Shown here: positions 1 to 11,900 of the stretch, in pieces
How the letters are laid out: each line of letters begins with the position of its first letter
Position numbering within the stretch: position 1 is the first letter of the stretch
Origin: a virus
Taxonomy: Duplodnaviria; Caudoviricetes
Direction: 5' to 3' (one strand)
DNA length: 64,000 nucleotides
Virus record (IMG/VR): IMGVR_UViG_3300001765_000038
Location: 11,777-75,776 of that record
Position numbers and translations under genes: made by a program
Notes under the pieces: generated by a model
Seen by the model: only the letters and a program-made list of their open reading frames with translations
Database searches by the model: none
Told to the model about the DNA's origin: nothing

Positions 1-174
1 ATGCTCGAACAAATGATGAGAAATGACAGCATCAACAGAATTATCTTCCCAAGGCCAATCTGGTTTACTTAAATCAACAACAAAATCTGGATCACACTCC
101 TTATCAAAATCAACATTTAAATATCCATCAAAATGTTTGTAACCTGCTCCAAGATGTAGTTTAATTCCACTCAT
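1..174 (-). CDS. SAM-dependent methyltransferase-like protein (type 11-like), 3' end runs off the window
   Basis: Not in the ORF track; translated by hand from ATG at 174: MSGIKLHLGAGYKHFDGYLNVDFDKECDPDFVVDLSKPDWPWEDNSVDAVISHHLFEH. Shows the LHLGxG / GYLNVD / PWEDNSVD..SxHxxEH pattern typical of phage MTase_11-like proteins. Confidence 0.8.
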   Translation of the reverse strand, partial: MSGIKLHLGAGYKHFDGYLNVDFDKECDPDFVVDLSKPDWPWEDNSVDAVISHHLFEH

Positions 175-955
175 AATCATGCCACTCCTTCTTCCAATTA
201 GTAAAATTTGTTGTTAAGTCATTCGGTGATTCATTTTGATAAGACATATGATATGCTACAGAGGGTATTGGCGAAAAACAAGCTATCGGCCCACCATGTC
301 TGACCAAATTTGTGTAAAGTTGATTTATAGTATCATGCTCTTTAACTTTTGGATAATTTAATGCTAAATTCTCAAATATTGGCCAAAACGTCTGTAATGT
401 GTTTTTGTGAATCATCATTGTATTAGCAGTATAATGAGTAGTTTTCCAATAACGCTTTTCAAAATAAAATAGCATAGTAGGTTCAATCAAACCCGGCCAA
501 TATCTGTGCGGACTATCAAATGGAGTTATAACCATTGGGTTAAATTTGTGATATTGAATTGCTGGTGCCGATTGAAAAAAACTAGTCATTGTTGAAATAG
601 AATCAGCAGTATGAAAATAATCATCCTCAATAAAATATATAAATTCTTCTGCTTCTAATCCATGTTTGAATTGCATATACGCAGAATGATTAAATCCCGT
701 TTCTTCAAGATTAATTATTTCATATGGATGAAAAAGTTTTTCTGCTCTTTCTTTCAATTCAACAAGAAATTCTTCTGATGAGTGATCGTCTAAAACCTTT
801 ATTTTAATATTGTGATATGAATTATTACATGCTTTAAACACTGAATCTGCACATTTTAAAATCATGTCTTTGCGATCATCTGATACTAAACGTGTTTGAC
901 CGTTTTGTAATGCTCCTGATCGATCACATGTTCTAAGTATTACATCAAGTTTCAT
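161..955 (-). CDS. Glycosyltransferase, GT-A fold (GT2-like)
   Basis: VILRTCDR, KVLDDHS and FIYFIEDDYFH (DxD-type) motifs. Likely start is the second Met (955), after a GGAG at 966-969; the track start at 988 overlaps the upstream gene. Confidence 0.7.
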   Translation of the reverse strand: MKLDVILRTCDRSGALQNGQTRLVSDDRKDMILKCADSVFKACNNSYHNIKIKVLDDHSSEEFLVELKERAEKLFHPYEIINLEETGFNHSAYMQFKHGLEAEEFIYFIEDDYFHTADSISTMTSFFQSAPAIQYHKFNPMVITPFDSPHRYWPGLIEPTMLFYFEKRYWKTTHYTANTMMIHKNTLQTFWPIFENLALNYPKVKEHDTINQLYTNLVRHGGPIACFSPIPSVAYHMSYQNESPNDLTTNFTNWKKEWHDYEWN

Positions 956-962
956 AATGTTA

Positions 963-1586
963 TTACTCCATTTTCTTAAAAATAGCACTCAATATATTAG
1001 GTAAACCATGCAGCGTTCCCCTAATTTTATCTTCATATGAAGACATTTCTATCAATTTAAAATTACTCTTATAAAACAAATTAGCTAAACCAACTGCACT
1101 AAAATGATGTCTATGTTCATTTGGTTTACGATGTTTCCATGTCTCAAATTCTTTGCCCTCATAATGATTCCATGGCACCGATATAGATATATATCTACAT
1201 TTTAGTTGATTCAAAATGTTGTTTAAATCTACCTGCGGAAAATGCTCCAAAGAATCAAAAAACGATACAATATCCACCGCCTCATTTATGTTTTGAGTGA
1301 TCGTTATCTCTTTGGGTAACTCATATCCAGAAATATCATATCCAAAACATATTTTATCATGTTTTAAACAATATTTCAAAAAAGATCCGTTGCCATATCC
1401 AACATCTAAAATAGATTTAAATTTGATATTTTTTTTGATAAATTCATATCGAAGCTTAGACATGTCATCAACCATTGCATAACGATCATACACATCATGC
1501 ACATAATTATAATCATATTTTATATCACCGGTTTTATTTGTTTGATATAACCAACCCGGCAAAATTTCTTCATATTTTTCTTTCAA
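963..1586 (-). CDS. Class I SAM-dependent methyltransferase (Methyltransf_23-like)
   Basis: ILDVGYGNGSFL motif I, FGYDIS motif II, VSFFDSLEHF, EHRHHFS. Confidence 0.8.
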   Translation of the reverse strand: MKEKYEEILPGWLYQTNKTGDIKYDYNYVHDVYDRYAMVDDMSKLRYEFIKKNIKFKSILDVGYGNGSFLKYCLKHDKICFGYDISGYELPKEITITQNINEAVDIVSFFDSLEHFPQVDLNNILNQLKCRYISISVPWNHYEGKEFETWKHRKPNEHRHHFSAVGLANLFYKSNFKLIEMSSYEDKIRGTLHGLPNILSAIFKKME

Positions 1587-2712
1587 TACAGTACCTCACA
1601 TAATTTGATGCATCGTCAATGCACCCAATCCAATCACCAATTTTATGTTGGGGGAAAACATGCACATTTTTAAACCACGGTTTATTTGACCAACACATAT
1701 AAGGGCGTTTTGGTGCAATAACAATAGTATGTTTTCCAAGCGCTGCTGACATAACAGAAACTGAAGTTTCATTTGTAATCACAAAATCACATCTATCAAG
1801 CATTGCTAAAGTGTCATCCCAATTTTTATATTCAAACTCTAACATTTTTTTAGGAGTTTCAACTGGAAAATCTGAAATAACTTCTTTATGTAGTGATACC
1901 AAATTACCAAACGATACAAAACTAGATTCCAAATAACTTAACGGAGATATAATTGATCGAGGAGTGTCACCATGCCATCTCATTCCAATTAAAGGTTTGT
2001 CATTAGGTAGCTGATATGTTATGTTTTTATCTGATATTAAATATGGAGAGGTATCGGGTTTGTTTATATTTAATCTAATAGGCAATGAAAATATATCAAT
2101 CCAATAATCATGTTCAACTGGCGTTGTATATGAAGATATTGACACATTAAAACATCTTTTAACTATATCTTTAATTGATTCTGAACATGCCACAACAACA
2201 TTACATATTGATAATAAAGGGCGAATAAAATTCAAATATATGATTTCATCACCATACCCTGCTTCAGTAAGAACTAATAACGTTTTACCCGATATATTTT
2301 GACCATTCCAATATTTTTCTTCATCATATCCATAAGTTTTGTATTTGAATAAATTTGCTTCATTTTCTAAATTCTTACTTGTATGAGTTCTCGCTACACC
2401 ATATTTGTGATCATTATATAATTGAGCATGTAAATGACTTATATCAGAATAATTTTTGAATGCCTCTAAATGGTTTCCCATAGAATGATTTAAAAAATAT
2501 AATGCACTCAAATAATCACTTTTAGATAATTTAGAATATGGTAAAACTTTTTGTAATAGTGACATATCATTAAGTTCAAGTATGTAATTAATTAAAATTC
2601 CCCATTGTTCTTCATTCAATTCTTCTTCAATAGGGAATTTTAATATTGATAAAACATTATTTGCATACTCGAAATTTTTTATAACAATTGCATTTACAAC
2701 CAAACTAATCAT
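1570..2712 (-). CDS. TPR-like helical N-terminus plus GT-B (GT9-like) glycosyltransferase
   Basis: YWNGQNISGKTLLVLTEAGYGDEI (EQGxGD-type motif), DYWIDIFSLP, IGMRWHG, CDFVITNETSVSVMSAALGK. Likely start 2712, overlapping the upstream stop (ATGA). Confidence 0.7.
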   Translation of the reverse strand: MISLVVNAIVIKNFEYANNVLSILKFPIEEELNEEQWGILINYILELNDMSLLQKVLPYSKLSKSDYLSALYFLNHSMGNHLEAFKNYSDISHLHAQLYNDHKYGVARTHTSKNLENEANLFKYKTYGYDEEKYWNGQNISGKTLLVLTEAGYGDEIIYLNFIRPLLSICNVVVACSESIKDIVKRCFNVSISSYTTPVEHDYWIDIFSLPIRLNINKPDTSPYLISDKNITYQLPNDKPLIGMRWHGDTPRSIISPLSYLESSFVSFGNLVSLHKEVISDFPVETPKKMLEFEYKNWDDTLAMLDRCDFVITNETSVSVMSAALGKHTIVIAPKRPYMCWSNKPWFKNVHVFPQHKIGDWIGCIDDASNYVRYCIERKI

Positions 2713-3488
2713 CTCATATGTTTCCAAAAATCAAGTTTTTCGTACTCATTGAATACATCAGGGGGAAGAATAGTTGGACGTTCTTTAAATTCTACTGTTT
2801 TACGAACATGATGTAGTCCTTTAATATTCATGTCTGTGTCAAATTCATCGTATTTAGTATCTACGTTATTAAAATCGTGCTCATACCAATCTTCACCAAT
2901 AAAATCGTAAAGTTTTCTCATAATCACTTTTGGATTTTTTGCCAATTGATCATATTGAATAATGTGGAGATTTTTATTAGCGGCACCAAAAATTGCTTGT
3001 TTTACACCGTTATATGCAAACCCGATAAAAGCATCTGGTTGTAAAAGATATGATGTTCTTGAATATACAGATACACCATGTCCAGGCGGAAACATTAATG
3101 GCACATCATATGGATTTTTTGCAAATAGTTGTTCGAAAGAATCTAATACCCATGGAATAGATCTAATGCAACAAATTACTTTTGCTTGTGGATATAAATC
3201 TGACAATAAAGGTAAAAGATAAGTCCAACCTCTGTTGGTATCAAAAGCAACTTCATTTGAAGTGTTGTAATAGGTGCTAATTACATTATGAATTAATTCT
3301 TTTCGTTTTTCAGCTGGACATTGAAAACGATAACCACCTTGTGATTGTGATTCTTCAATAATGGCACGAGTGAATCGTGCCACTGGTCCTGAAATGGACG
3401 AAGAAAACTTAGGATTTTGTCCTAAAATAGACGATAAAAGTGTTGTTCCAGAACGAGGTAATCCTGATATAAAATGTATTTTTTTCAT
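2709..3488 (-). CDS. PAPS-dependent sulfotransferase family protein
   Basis: N-terminal FISGLPRSGTTLL (5'-PSB loop), VICCIRSIPWVLDS (3'-PB motif), IIQYDQL...P...MRKLYDFIG. GGAG Shine-Dalgarno upstream. Confidence 0.85.
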   Translation of the reverse strand: MKKIHFISGLPRSGTTLLSSILGQNPKFSSSISGPVARFTRAIIEESQSQGGYRFQCPAEKRKELIHNVISTYYNTSNEVAFDTNRGWTYLLPLLSDLYPQAKVICCIRSIPWVLDSFEQLFAKNPYDVPLMFPPGHGVSVYSRTSYLLQPDAFIGFAYNGVKQAIFGAANKNLHIIQYDQLAKNPKVIMRKLYDFIGEDWYEHDFNNVDTKYDEFDTDMNIKGLHHVRKTVEFKERPTILPPDVFNEYEKLDFWKHMR

Positions 3489-3535
3489 AATATCTCCAAA
3501 GTAAAAATTTCAATTCACATGTTATTTATACCGAA

Positions 3536-5719
3536 TTATCCAGCAGCCATAATCACCCAATTTGTACCATCTGATACTAACGTAACCCATTTGCCTGCAG
3601 TTGCTGGTAAAATATCTGTGCCAGCAGTTGTGTTATTAATTGGCACAATGTTAGATGCAACAGAAACTACTGTGAATGCAGCAATAGTTTTAATTATAAT
3701 TTCTCTGCCTGTAAATGTTGCAGCTGCTGGCATTGTTATATTAATTGTTGCTGTACCATTACAAACAATTCTATCTTCTGTTATCGCTACAGTAAAATCA
3801 CCAGTTTTGGTAACAGGAGCATTTCGTTTTAATGCACCTATGATTGTTGTTGTAGTTGATACAGTACTACCCAAATTAATATTAGTTGTACTACCTGCAG
3901 ATCCTGCAGTACCTATATTGATTGTCTTTGTGCCACCAGTATCAGCTGCAGTCAATAAGTTAAGTGTTCTGCTTGTTGTGCCAGCAGTTGTATAACCAAG
4001 ATTAAGGGTTGTGTTTGTGTTTGCACCAATACTGAGTGATGCTGCATCGGTAATACCAGCAGCAGTGCCAGTAATGTTACTATCTAAGAATGCGATTGTT
4101 TTTGCTGCACCATTATAAAATGTTAATGCACCTGAAACATTCCATAAATCTCCGTTTGTAGTTGTTGTGCTTGTACCGCTTGGTAAGTTTATTGATGCTA
4201 CAGCACCAGATGGTGTAGCAAATGTTTGTTTAACTGTAAATGCAGTTGATGCATTATGTGTAATAACAGTACCTGCAGCTGTAGCAGGGAATGTATAAGT
4301 AGTAGCAGAACCAAATGATAATGTAGCATCATTAGTGTTAGTAGTCAATGATGTAGTTAAAGTTAACGATTTGCCAGTTGTTCCATCAATGGTCAATGAT
4401 TTAGCAGAACCTGCACCGACAATTAGTGTTGATCCTGTATAACCATCAAAAGTTAATAATTTAGCAGAACCTGTACCGACAGTTATTTTAGAACCAGTAA
4501 ATCCATCAAATGTAAGTGATTTGGCTGATGTTGTACCAACTATCAATGTTGAACCTGTATAACCATCAAAAGTTAATGTTTTTGCTGATACTGTTCCCAC
4601 ATTTAATCTTGAACCTGTATATCCATCAATTGTAAGAGATTTAACACCACCAACACCGACGATCAATGTTGAACCTGAATATCCGTCAAATGTAAGTGAT
4701 TTTGCAGAACCTGTTCCAATGAATAAAGTTGAACCTGAAATACCGTTAAGTGTTAAAGTTTGAGCAACGGTTAATGTTTTGCTTGTTACGCTGAATGCCA
4801 ATGTTCCACCATTTGTTGAAACAACAAAATTACCTGCTAATGATAAAGTGCCCGTTGTAAAAGATAAAGCATTTGGTGCTGTTGCTGATACGGCACCATT
4901 CACACCAAATGTTGCAACTCCACTTGTGCCAATGTTTGGTAATTTAACACCACCAGTAATCGTTGTGTTAAGTCCAACCTTACCCATGTAAATATCAGCA
5001 TTTGATCCAATATTAACTGTTGTAGTATCAGCGCTTGTAAATAAATTTGCGGTAGAGTTTGCTGATCCAGAAGTAATTGATTGTACTGTATCGCCAACAG
5101 AACTTAAAACAATATCACCAGTGTTGACTGTTAAAAGACCGTTGACAGTTAAATCATCTGCTACATTGACAATACCAGTACCGTTTGCTGACAATGTTAA
5201 ATTAGTGTCAGTTGTTGTAGATGCTAATGAATTGGCGAATAAAGAAGTAAACGTGCCGCCACTAGGTGCACCGCCACCAATTGGACCATTAAATGAAGAA
5301 GCAGTAATTGATGTAAATGTACCTGCTGCAGCTGTAGTGGCACCAATAACTACATTATTCATTGAACCAGCAGTTTGTGATGTAATAACAACAGCACCAG
5401 CAATCGGTGTTAATGAAACTGGTCCTTCTAATTTAGTAATTCCCTCAACATTAAAATTCTGTTTAATATTAAGATGCCCAGTAATAGTATCACCTGATCT
5501 TTTAACTTTTCTACTATTGAGATCATTTAATGTTCCAGTAATAATATCTGCAAGAGGTAAAGAATAGTTATCACTTGAGTTTGGATATTCTACACCAGTA
5601 TTATTAGGAGCGTCTGTTATATAAACAGAACCCAAATCACCAATGCTATTAGAAATTTCATTGGTGATATTTCTCCACTGTTCGATTGTGTTAAATCTTG
5701 ATACTGTTGGTTTTGACAT
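3536..5719 (-). CDS. Putative tail fibre (Thr/Gly-rich, 727 aa)
   Basis: N-terminal TIEQWRNITN motif seen in T4-like fibre attachment domains; beta-rich Thr/Gly shaft with 20-aa repeats; C-terminal ITMPAAATFTGREIIIK...LVSDGTNW domain common in phage fibres. Lies directly after the baseplate genes with a late promoter upstream. Confidence 0.7.
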   Translation of the reverse strand: MSKPTVSRFNTIEQWRNITNEISNSIGDLGSVYITDAPNNTGVEYPNSSDNYSLPLADIITGTLNDLNSRKVKRSGDTITGHLNIKQNFNVEGITKLEGPVSLTPIAGAVVITSQTAGSMNNVVIGATTAAAGTFTSITASSFNGPIGGGAPSGGTFTSLFANSLASTTTDTNLTLSANGTGIVNVADDLTVNGLLTVNTGDIVLSSVGDTVQSITSGSANSTANLFTSADTTTVNIGSNADIYMGKVGLNTTITGGVKLPNIGTSGVATFGVNGAVSATAPNALSFTTGTLSLAGNFVVSTNGGTLAFSVTSKTLTVAQTLTLNGISGSTLFIGTGSAKSLTFDGYSGSTLIVGVGGVKSLTIDGYTGSRLNVGTVSAKTLTFDGYTGSTLIVGTTSAKSLTFDGFTGSKITVGTGSAKLLTFDGYTGSTLIVGAGSAKSLTIDGTTGKSLTLTTSLTTNTNDATLSFGSATTYTFPATAAGTVITHNASTAFTVKQTFATPSGAVASINLPSGTSTTTTNGDLWNVSGALTFYNGAAKTIAFLDSNITGTAAGITDAASLSIGANTNTTLNLGYTTAGTTSRTLNLLTAADTGGTKTINIGTAGSAGSTTNINLGSTVSTTTTIIGALKRNAPVTKTGDFTVAITEDRIVCNGTATINITMPAAATFTGREIIIKTIAAFTVVSVASNIVPINNTTAGTDILPATAGKWVTLVSDGTNWVIMAAG
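4375..4780 (-). repeat. About 7 tandem 60-bp (20-aa) repeats, consensus KSLTFDGYTGSTLIVGTGSA
   Basis: The 60-nt period is visible as vertically aligned ccatcaa/ccgtcaa...ttagcagaacctg on consecutive sequence lines 4381-4741. Confidence 0.9.
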
Positions 5720-5742
5720 AATTTGCCTCTAATGTTTTTTAA

Positions 5743-5750
5743 TATTTATA
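5743..5750 (-). promoter_or_regulatory. T4-type late promoter TATAAATA
   Basis: Exact T4 late (gp55) consensus on the minus strand, 24 nt upstream of the fibre ATG. Confidence 0.7.
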
Positions 5751-5949
5751 ATGAAGATATTTTTTCGAGAACATCTTTAAGTGTTAATTTAATAACACGC
5801 ACTTCATCTTCTAATTTTCTAATTTTCTCTTTCATAGATTCTTGTTCTATTTTTCCAGCATTCAAACGATTGCGTTCTTTAATATAGTTTTCATATTCTT
5901 GTTTATCAGAATTTATAACTGCAGTTTTAGTTTTTACTAGATTGTTCAT
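5746..5949 (-). CDS. Small coiled-coil protein, typical position after DUF4815/VrlC in T4-like phages
   Basis: 67 aa; AVINSDKQEYENYI followed by a heptad-rich C-terminus; start overlaps the upstream stop (TAATG). Confidence 0.65.
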   Translation of the reverse strand: MNNLVKTKTAVINSDKQEYENYIKERNRLNAGKIEQESMKEKIRKLEDEVRVIKLTLKDVLEKISSL

Positions 5950-8900
5950 TATAACACCATTATCACTCTAAGATTTTTAATTCGCGGAACCGCAGATGTA
6001 TTAGTAGATCTTAGATCTACTTTAATTTCTAATTTATCATATATGTCGATAGAATTGCTAAAATTAAAGTCAAATCTCTTTTCAATGAATTCATTGCTGT
6101 TGTTTGTCACTTTAACGTTAATACCTCGTGAATCATTATAAATTGTATTACCAAGTGTCCAAACTGCATTATTAAATTCATAATCACCACGACATTTTTT
6201 ATAATAGATTCTTATCTCAGATCCATATGGTAAGTTATAATCATAAAACAATATGAAGCCATCAACGGGAGTTTGCAAAGATATAACTTGCGAACAATAA
6301 CTTGCTGAATTAGTATTATAATTTATTGAAGCTGAATCAGTATAAAAATCATAACTGTAAGCTACAATATCGGCCGTAATTGATTCATAAATCATGTCAC
6401 TATCATTTCTCACATATAATATTAAATCAGTACCAGTATTTACCTTATTTATTATTAACATCTGAATACCATCATTAGAAACAGTATTTTCAAATTCTAA
6501 TGTTTGTCCAACTTTTGCTTTATGATAAATTTCAGCTGCTGAAGTACAAACAATAGCGCTTGCTGTAGAATTAAATAGTAATGATACCGAGCCAGAATAT
6601 AAAATATTTTTATCAATAGGTTTGTTAGTATCAAAATCATAATTATCTATCTTATTTGAAATCGCATTTACTGAGAAAGTAGAAAGATCTATAATAGGTG
6701 ATAAATCTGGGTTCTTAGAATATAACAAGGCATTTAATGTAAATGATTTTTTACCAGTCAATAATCTATCTTCATTTTCTTTTGATAACACCCAACCAGG
6801 TTCTGTTAAATAAGCACTTCTTTCAAGTTCAATTTTTTGATATGTATTTTCTTTAACTCTAGAATCATTTGTTTTTGCAAACGAATAATCAATGTAAGTT
6901 CCAAGTAATACAAAATCATTGCCATCTAAATATAATACATCATATTTCTTATTACCCATCATATACAATGAGTCATCACCACTCCAAGTTGAAGCAGTTG
7001 CAGCTGCAATATTAATAATGAATGAATCTGTAGTTGCGTCATTTACTGCAAACAGCATATTGTCTGGATTGGCAAAACTAGACGAAACAGCTTGTAGAGA
7101 TGTATTTTCATTAGCATTAAATTTAACATAATCACCGTTAATCAAACCGTGACTTTCATGTAATACTCTTGCTTGTGTGAGACCGACAGATGTTTTTATA
7201 GGATCAATAATCATTTTATCAGCATTAAAATAGTTATTGTTTAGATATACTGTTCCTGCACCGCTTATATCAAATTGAGCTTTATACAGAGTAAAGCATA
7301 AATCTTGCATTTGATATGCAGTCCATGATGATCCATTCTGTGATTGCAACATAGTACCTAAAGTGGGCTGTTTAACACACATGTTTCCGTATATATCTAA
7401 TTCTCCTAATTCTGAAGTCCATACAGTAACTCCATTATCCATCACATAATTAGAACCTATCACTATACAATATTCTGTTTCATTTTTCAAAAATACAGGT
7501 GCATTGAATGTGAATGTAGTTGATACTAATTTAGTGGAAGAATAATTTAATTCATCTGCATTTTTAACAACCGTGCTCATTGGAATTGCTTGAATAGCTG
7601 GATAACCATTGACCATTTCACGTAGTTCAACAAACACTGGATAAGCATTCTGTTTCACATTGTAAAAATATAAATCTACTTTTGTGACAAAAATACCAGC
7701 TCCAAACGAATCAACCACAAATGATTGTGCTAATGGATCACCACCGCCACCACCGTCACCACCGCCACCACCGCCATCAATAAAATCAGCTAATATAGTT
7801 GAAATACTACTGCGAGCTGTAGCAGTTGTTGGAGGTGGTGATCCAAATATAGACGGTGCAACAGTAGGTGCTGGTGTTGGTGCAGGAGTAAAAGCAGAAG
7901 TTGTGATACTTGAAACATTAGTAGACGATGTTGTCCAATTTTCTTGTACAACTTGAGACTGTTGAAGTTCAACATCAACTATATTTGCATTTTTAACTGA
8001 TAATATGTCTGTCTGTGTAGTAAATGATAATCCATGAGGATCGTAAGTAGCAACAGCACTTGTAACTGAATTGACTATATTCTTGTTATCACGAATCTGA
8101 ATATTAACTATTTGTGCTAAAAATTTTATATTGTCGTTATTTGGAAAAACCAATACACCGTATACTGATCCAGAAGGACTTGATACAAATGCGTCTTTAG
8201 TAATACTTGAAATTGTGACATATGCTTTAGACGTAAGACCAGTAACAGTTTCACCTTCTAAAAATGTTCCTTGTATATTTGTCACTTTAAGATTGTCATA
8301 TTCATCTGTCAATAGAATAGCAGTTGCTTTAGATGTAGATCCAACAACAATCTCACCTCTATCTAGAATATCATAACTATTTGGACCATATTGACGATAT
8401 TCTAGATTAGTTTGAGAAATAGGTGAATTCAAATAATTTAAAAATTCGCCTACCTTACCAGTATATGCTAATGAATAAGCAGTATCAACATAATCAGTAA
8501 CTTCAATATTATCAATATATGCATATAGTTGATAATTGGGTAAAAAGTTTTGACCATAAAACACGATTACTTTTTGTCTTGCATAAACATCCCAAACGGT
8601 GTTTTGAATTCCAGTAATTCTACCTAATTCATCTTGTCTTTCTTGAGCAACTGTTTCTGTACCAAGTTTCAACTGTGATACATTATTAATTCCATCAATT
8701 GTAGTTACTGTAGTTGTAGTACGAGTGGTTGTTGTTGTGGTACCTGCAATTGTTGTTGATGAAGATACACTATTTGTTGAACTTGAATCTATACTTGTCT
8801 TTGATGATGCTATTACTCTAGCAGTATCTTTCCAAGCACCCCAAACAGTTTTGAGAATTCCTAATCTTTGTGCTGCTTGTTGTAACGAATTATAATTACC

Positions 8901-11900
8901 ATCATTCAATTGATTAACATCTGGTAATGATTCACTATCAATCCATGTATCATAAGAAGGAAATATATTTAATGATCCAGTACGTTTCTTAAGAGTTGAA
9001 AATGGAGTGACACTGTTAGGTGTTGTTGCAATTTTGTTTGATGATACCACAGCATCAATAAATGGTAATGTTACTAGATCACCTGTTACTTGATAATGTC
9101 TTGCTTTTCTCAATTCTGGTGAATCTTCTATTAAGTTTATATTAGCAACAGAATATGTTGGTCGGCATTCTTGTGTGTCGTAATCGATTGCAGCTTTAAA
9201 ACCTGGATCAGTCACGTTTGCTCTTGAATGATCAACAAATGTATCAATAAAGAATCCAGATTTAAATCTAGATAAACCATTTTCATCATAAACAGTAGAT
9301 GACTCAACTGAATTTGCGGCAGACATTGATAAACTCAAAACAGCATTGTTTAACCGCTTATCAATAGAACCAATAGCCCGCATGGTATAACCATTCATTC
9401 TTATTTCATCTAATTTTATATTTTTCGTAACGTCGATGATATATGGATCTAATGATATTTTAGCTATCGATGTATAAGTGGGCAGTGCTGTTGGAACTAT
9501 AGGCATGTCACTCGCATTACCGTTAGTAACTCGTAATGATCCAATGTCTCCCACTTGAAGAATATCATATCTTGGTAGATAATATTGATATGCTACTTCA
9601 ATATCAAAATTTGATGATAGCGGTTCTGTTACAGAAGCATTATTAAGTGTACCATCAGTAACAACTGTTGATTTTGTAGAACTAAATGATGTGTTCTTAT
9701 TGAGAACATAATTTCCATTTCCATCAATGCCCACATCAGAACTTTTAATTTGTAATGCTAATACATGATTATCATATCCTGATATATCACTCCAAACGCT
9801 CAATGTATCTAATTGAATTGGGCTAGATCTACTTATTGTTGAATTAATACCTAATTGACCCGCCCAGTTACTTCCCCATACCCACATTGTACCATTATTT
9901 TTGATTGCATATACAGAACCCCAATTAGTACCAATTTTATTCCAATCATTTAATGAACCAACTTGACATGGAGAAGATTGTGTAATAAGGTTGTTGCGAC
10001 CTAATTGACCATATTCATTTCTACCCCACGCCCATAATGTATTATCATTTTTGATTGCAAATACTGAATTCCAATCTTGTGTAACTGATTTCCAATCACA
10101 TAAACTTCCAATCTGTACAGGAACAGATTTGCTTGTTGGAAATTCTGTACTAAATTTCCCATCATTATCAAAACCCCAACCCCATAAAGTACCATTTGTT
10201 TTAATAGCAAAAAATGAAGATGCATATGCATTTTCACTTAATGTTCCCCAATCACTCATTGTACCTACTTGTGTTGGTGATGAACGATTATTAGTATCTC
10301 CTAATCCCAAATCACCGTACACATTATATCCACAAATCCATAAAGTGTTATCATCTTTAATTGATGCCCATGATGCATAACTACAAGTAATTTTATTCCA
10401 ATCACTCATTGTACCTACTTGTGTTGGTGATGAAAGATCTATATTTGATCCTTGACCTAATGATCCATATCCATCATATCCCCAAGTCCACAATGTTCCG
10501 TTAGTTCTTTTTGCTAATGCAAACAGATAACCGGCCGTAACTTTCTCCCAATTTCTTAAATTTTCGTTTGGATCAGAATCTAAACTTGCCATATCGCATG
10601 TTAAATTTACTGCTGTGCCGAGCATTGTGGGAGAAGATAAATTATAATCAGTTGTTCCGTGTCCTAACTTTCCATGTGAATCATAACCCCATGACCATAA
10701 TGACCCATCTTTTTTAATTGCATATGATGCAGCACCGCCCGCAACAATTTGTGACCAATCTGCTAATGATCCTATCTGTACAGGTGATGATTTGAAACTT
10801 ATTGAATTATCACCAAGTTGGCCATGTATATTATAACCCCAAGCATGTAAAGGTGATGTTGTTGCTTTTCTAATATAATTTGTTGAACTTGATGAATCAT
10901 TAGCAATATCTTCTGGCGGTGTAACACCATCTGCACTAATTTCTAATGCTAAACTAGCAGCAACTGGTCTAAAATCTAAATAATCACTAATCAATTTGCC
11001 TTTATACACAGGCATTTTTTCTAATGGAAGATTATATGAATCAACTGACATATAATCACCATCTGAATGTTCATAATAATTGAAAGTTATTTGAATAGGT
11101 GCAGCTGGTTCAAAACTGTTAATACTTGTTATAATACTGTTGTCATAATAGAAATCATTTATATTCGGTGACAGACGGTATTTGTCTGTAATATCTAATT
11201 CATTAAGCGCTGAATATTCAACAAAAGTATTTCTAAAATTTAAATTAAATTTTGCACCACCTGATTCTCTTATAGAAAGAATCGAAATCACATCAGGTGT
11301 ACCCAAATCAATTTCTGATTTATGCACACTGTTTAATGTATTAAAATAAACTGTTTTTATTTTTTTAGTTTTTGTTTTTTCTTTTACTGATTGTTTGCTC
11401 TTTTTGACTGGTACAATTGCTCTATACATTGTATCTGGGTTCAGATTTTTAAATGTAACTTGTTTAAAATCTGAACTAAGAATCATATTATCACTTGAAG
11501 GAACTGGATTAGCAGTAAGTGAGTTATCAATCAATGCAATATGTGGTAAATCAGTACCTTGTAAATATAATGCATATCCATCCATGAATGCATTTTGAAT
11601 ATCAATCAATGATGTAATTTGAGCAGGACTTGAACGATCAACAATATCACCTAAACCCAATTGCCCAGTATCATTATAACCACAAGTCCAAACTGTATTA
11701 TCATTTTTAATAAGCATTGATGAATATGTGCTAGCGTCTGCAGACGCCCAATCACTTAAAAATCCTACTTGGGTTGGCGCTGAACGATGAACAATATCAT
11801 CTATTCCTAACTGACCATAATCATTTCTTCCCCACGCCCATGCAGTTCCATCAGTTTTTGTTACTATCGTCTGACCATAACCACAAGCAACTTTATTCCA

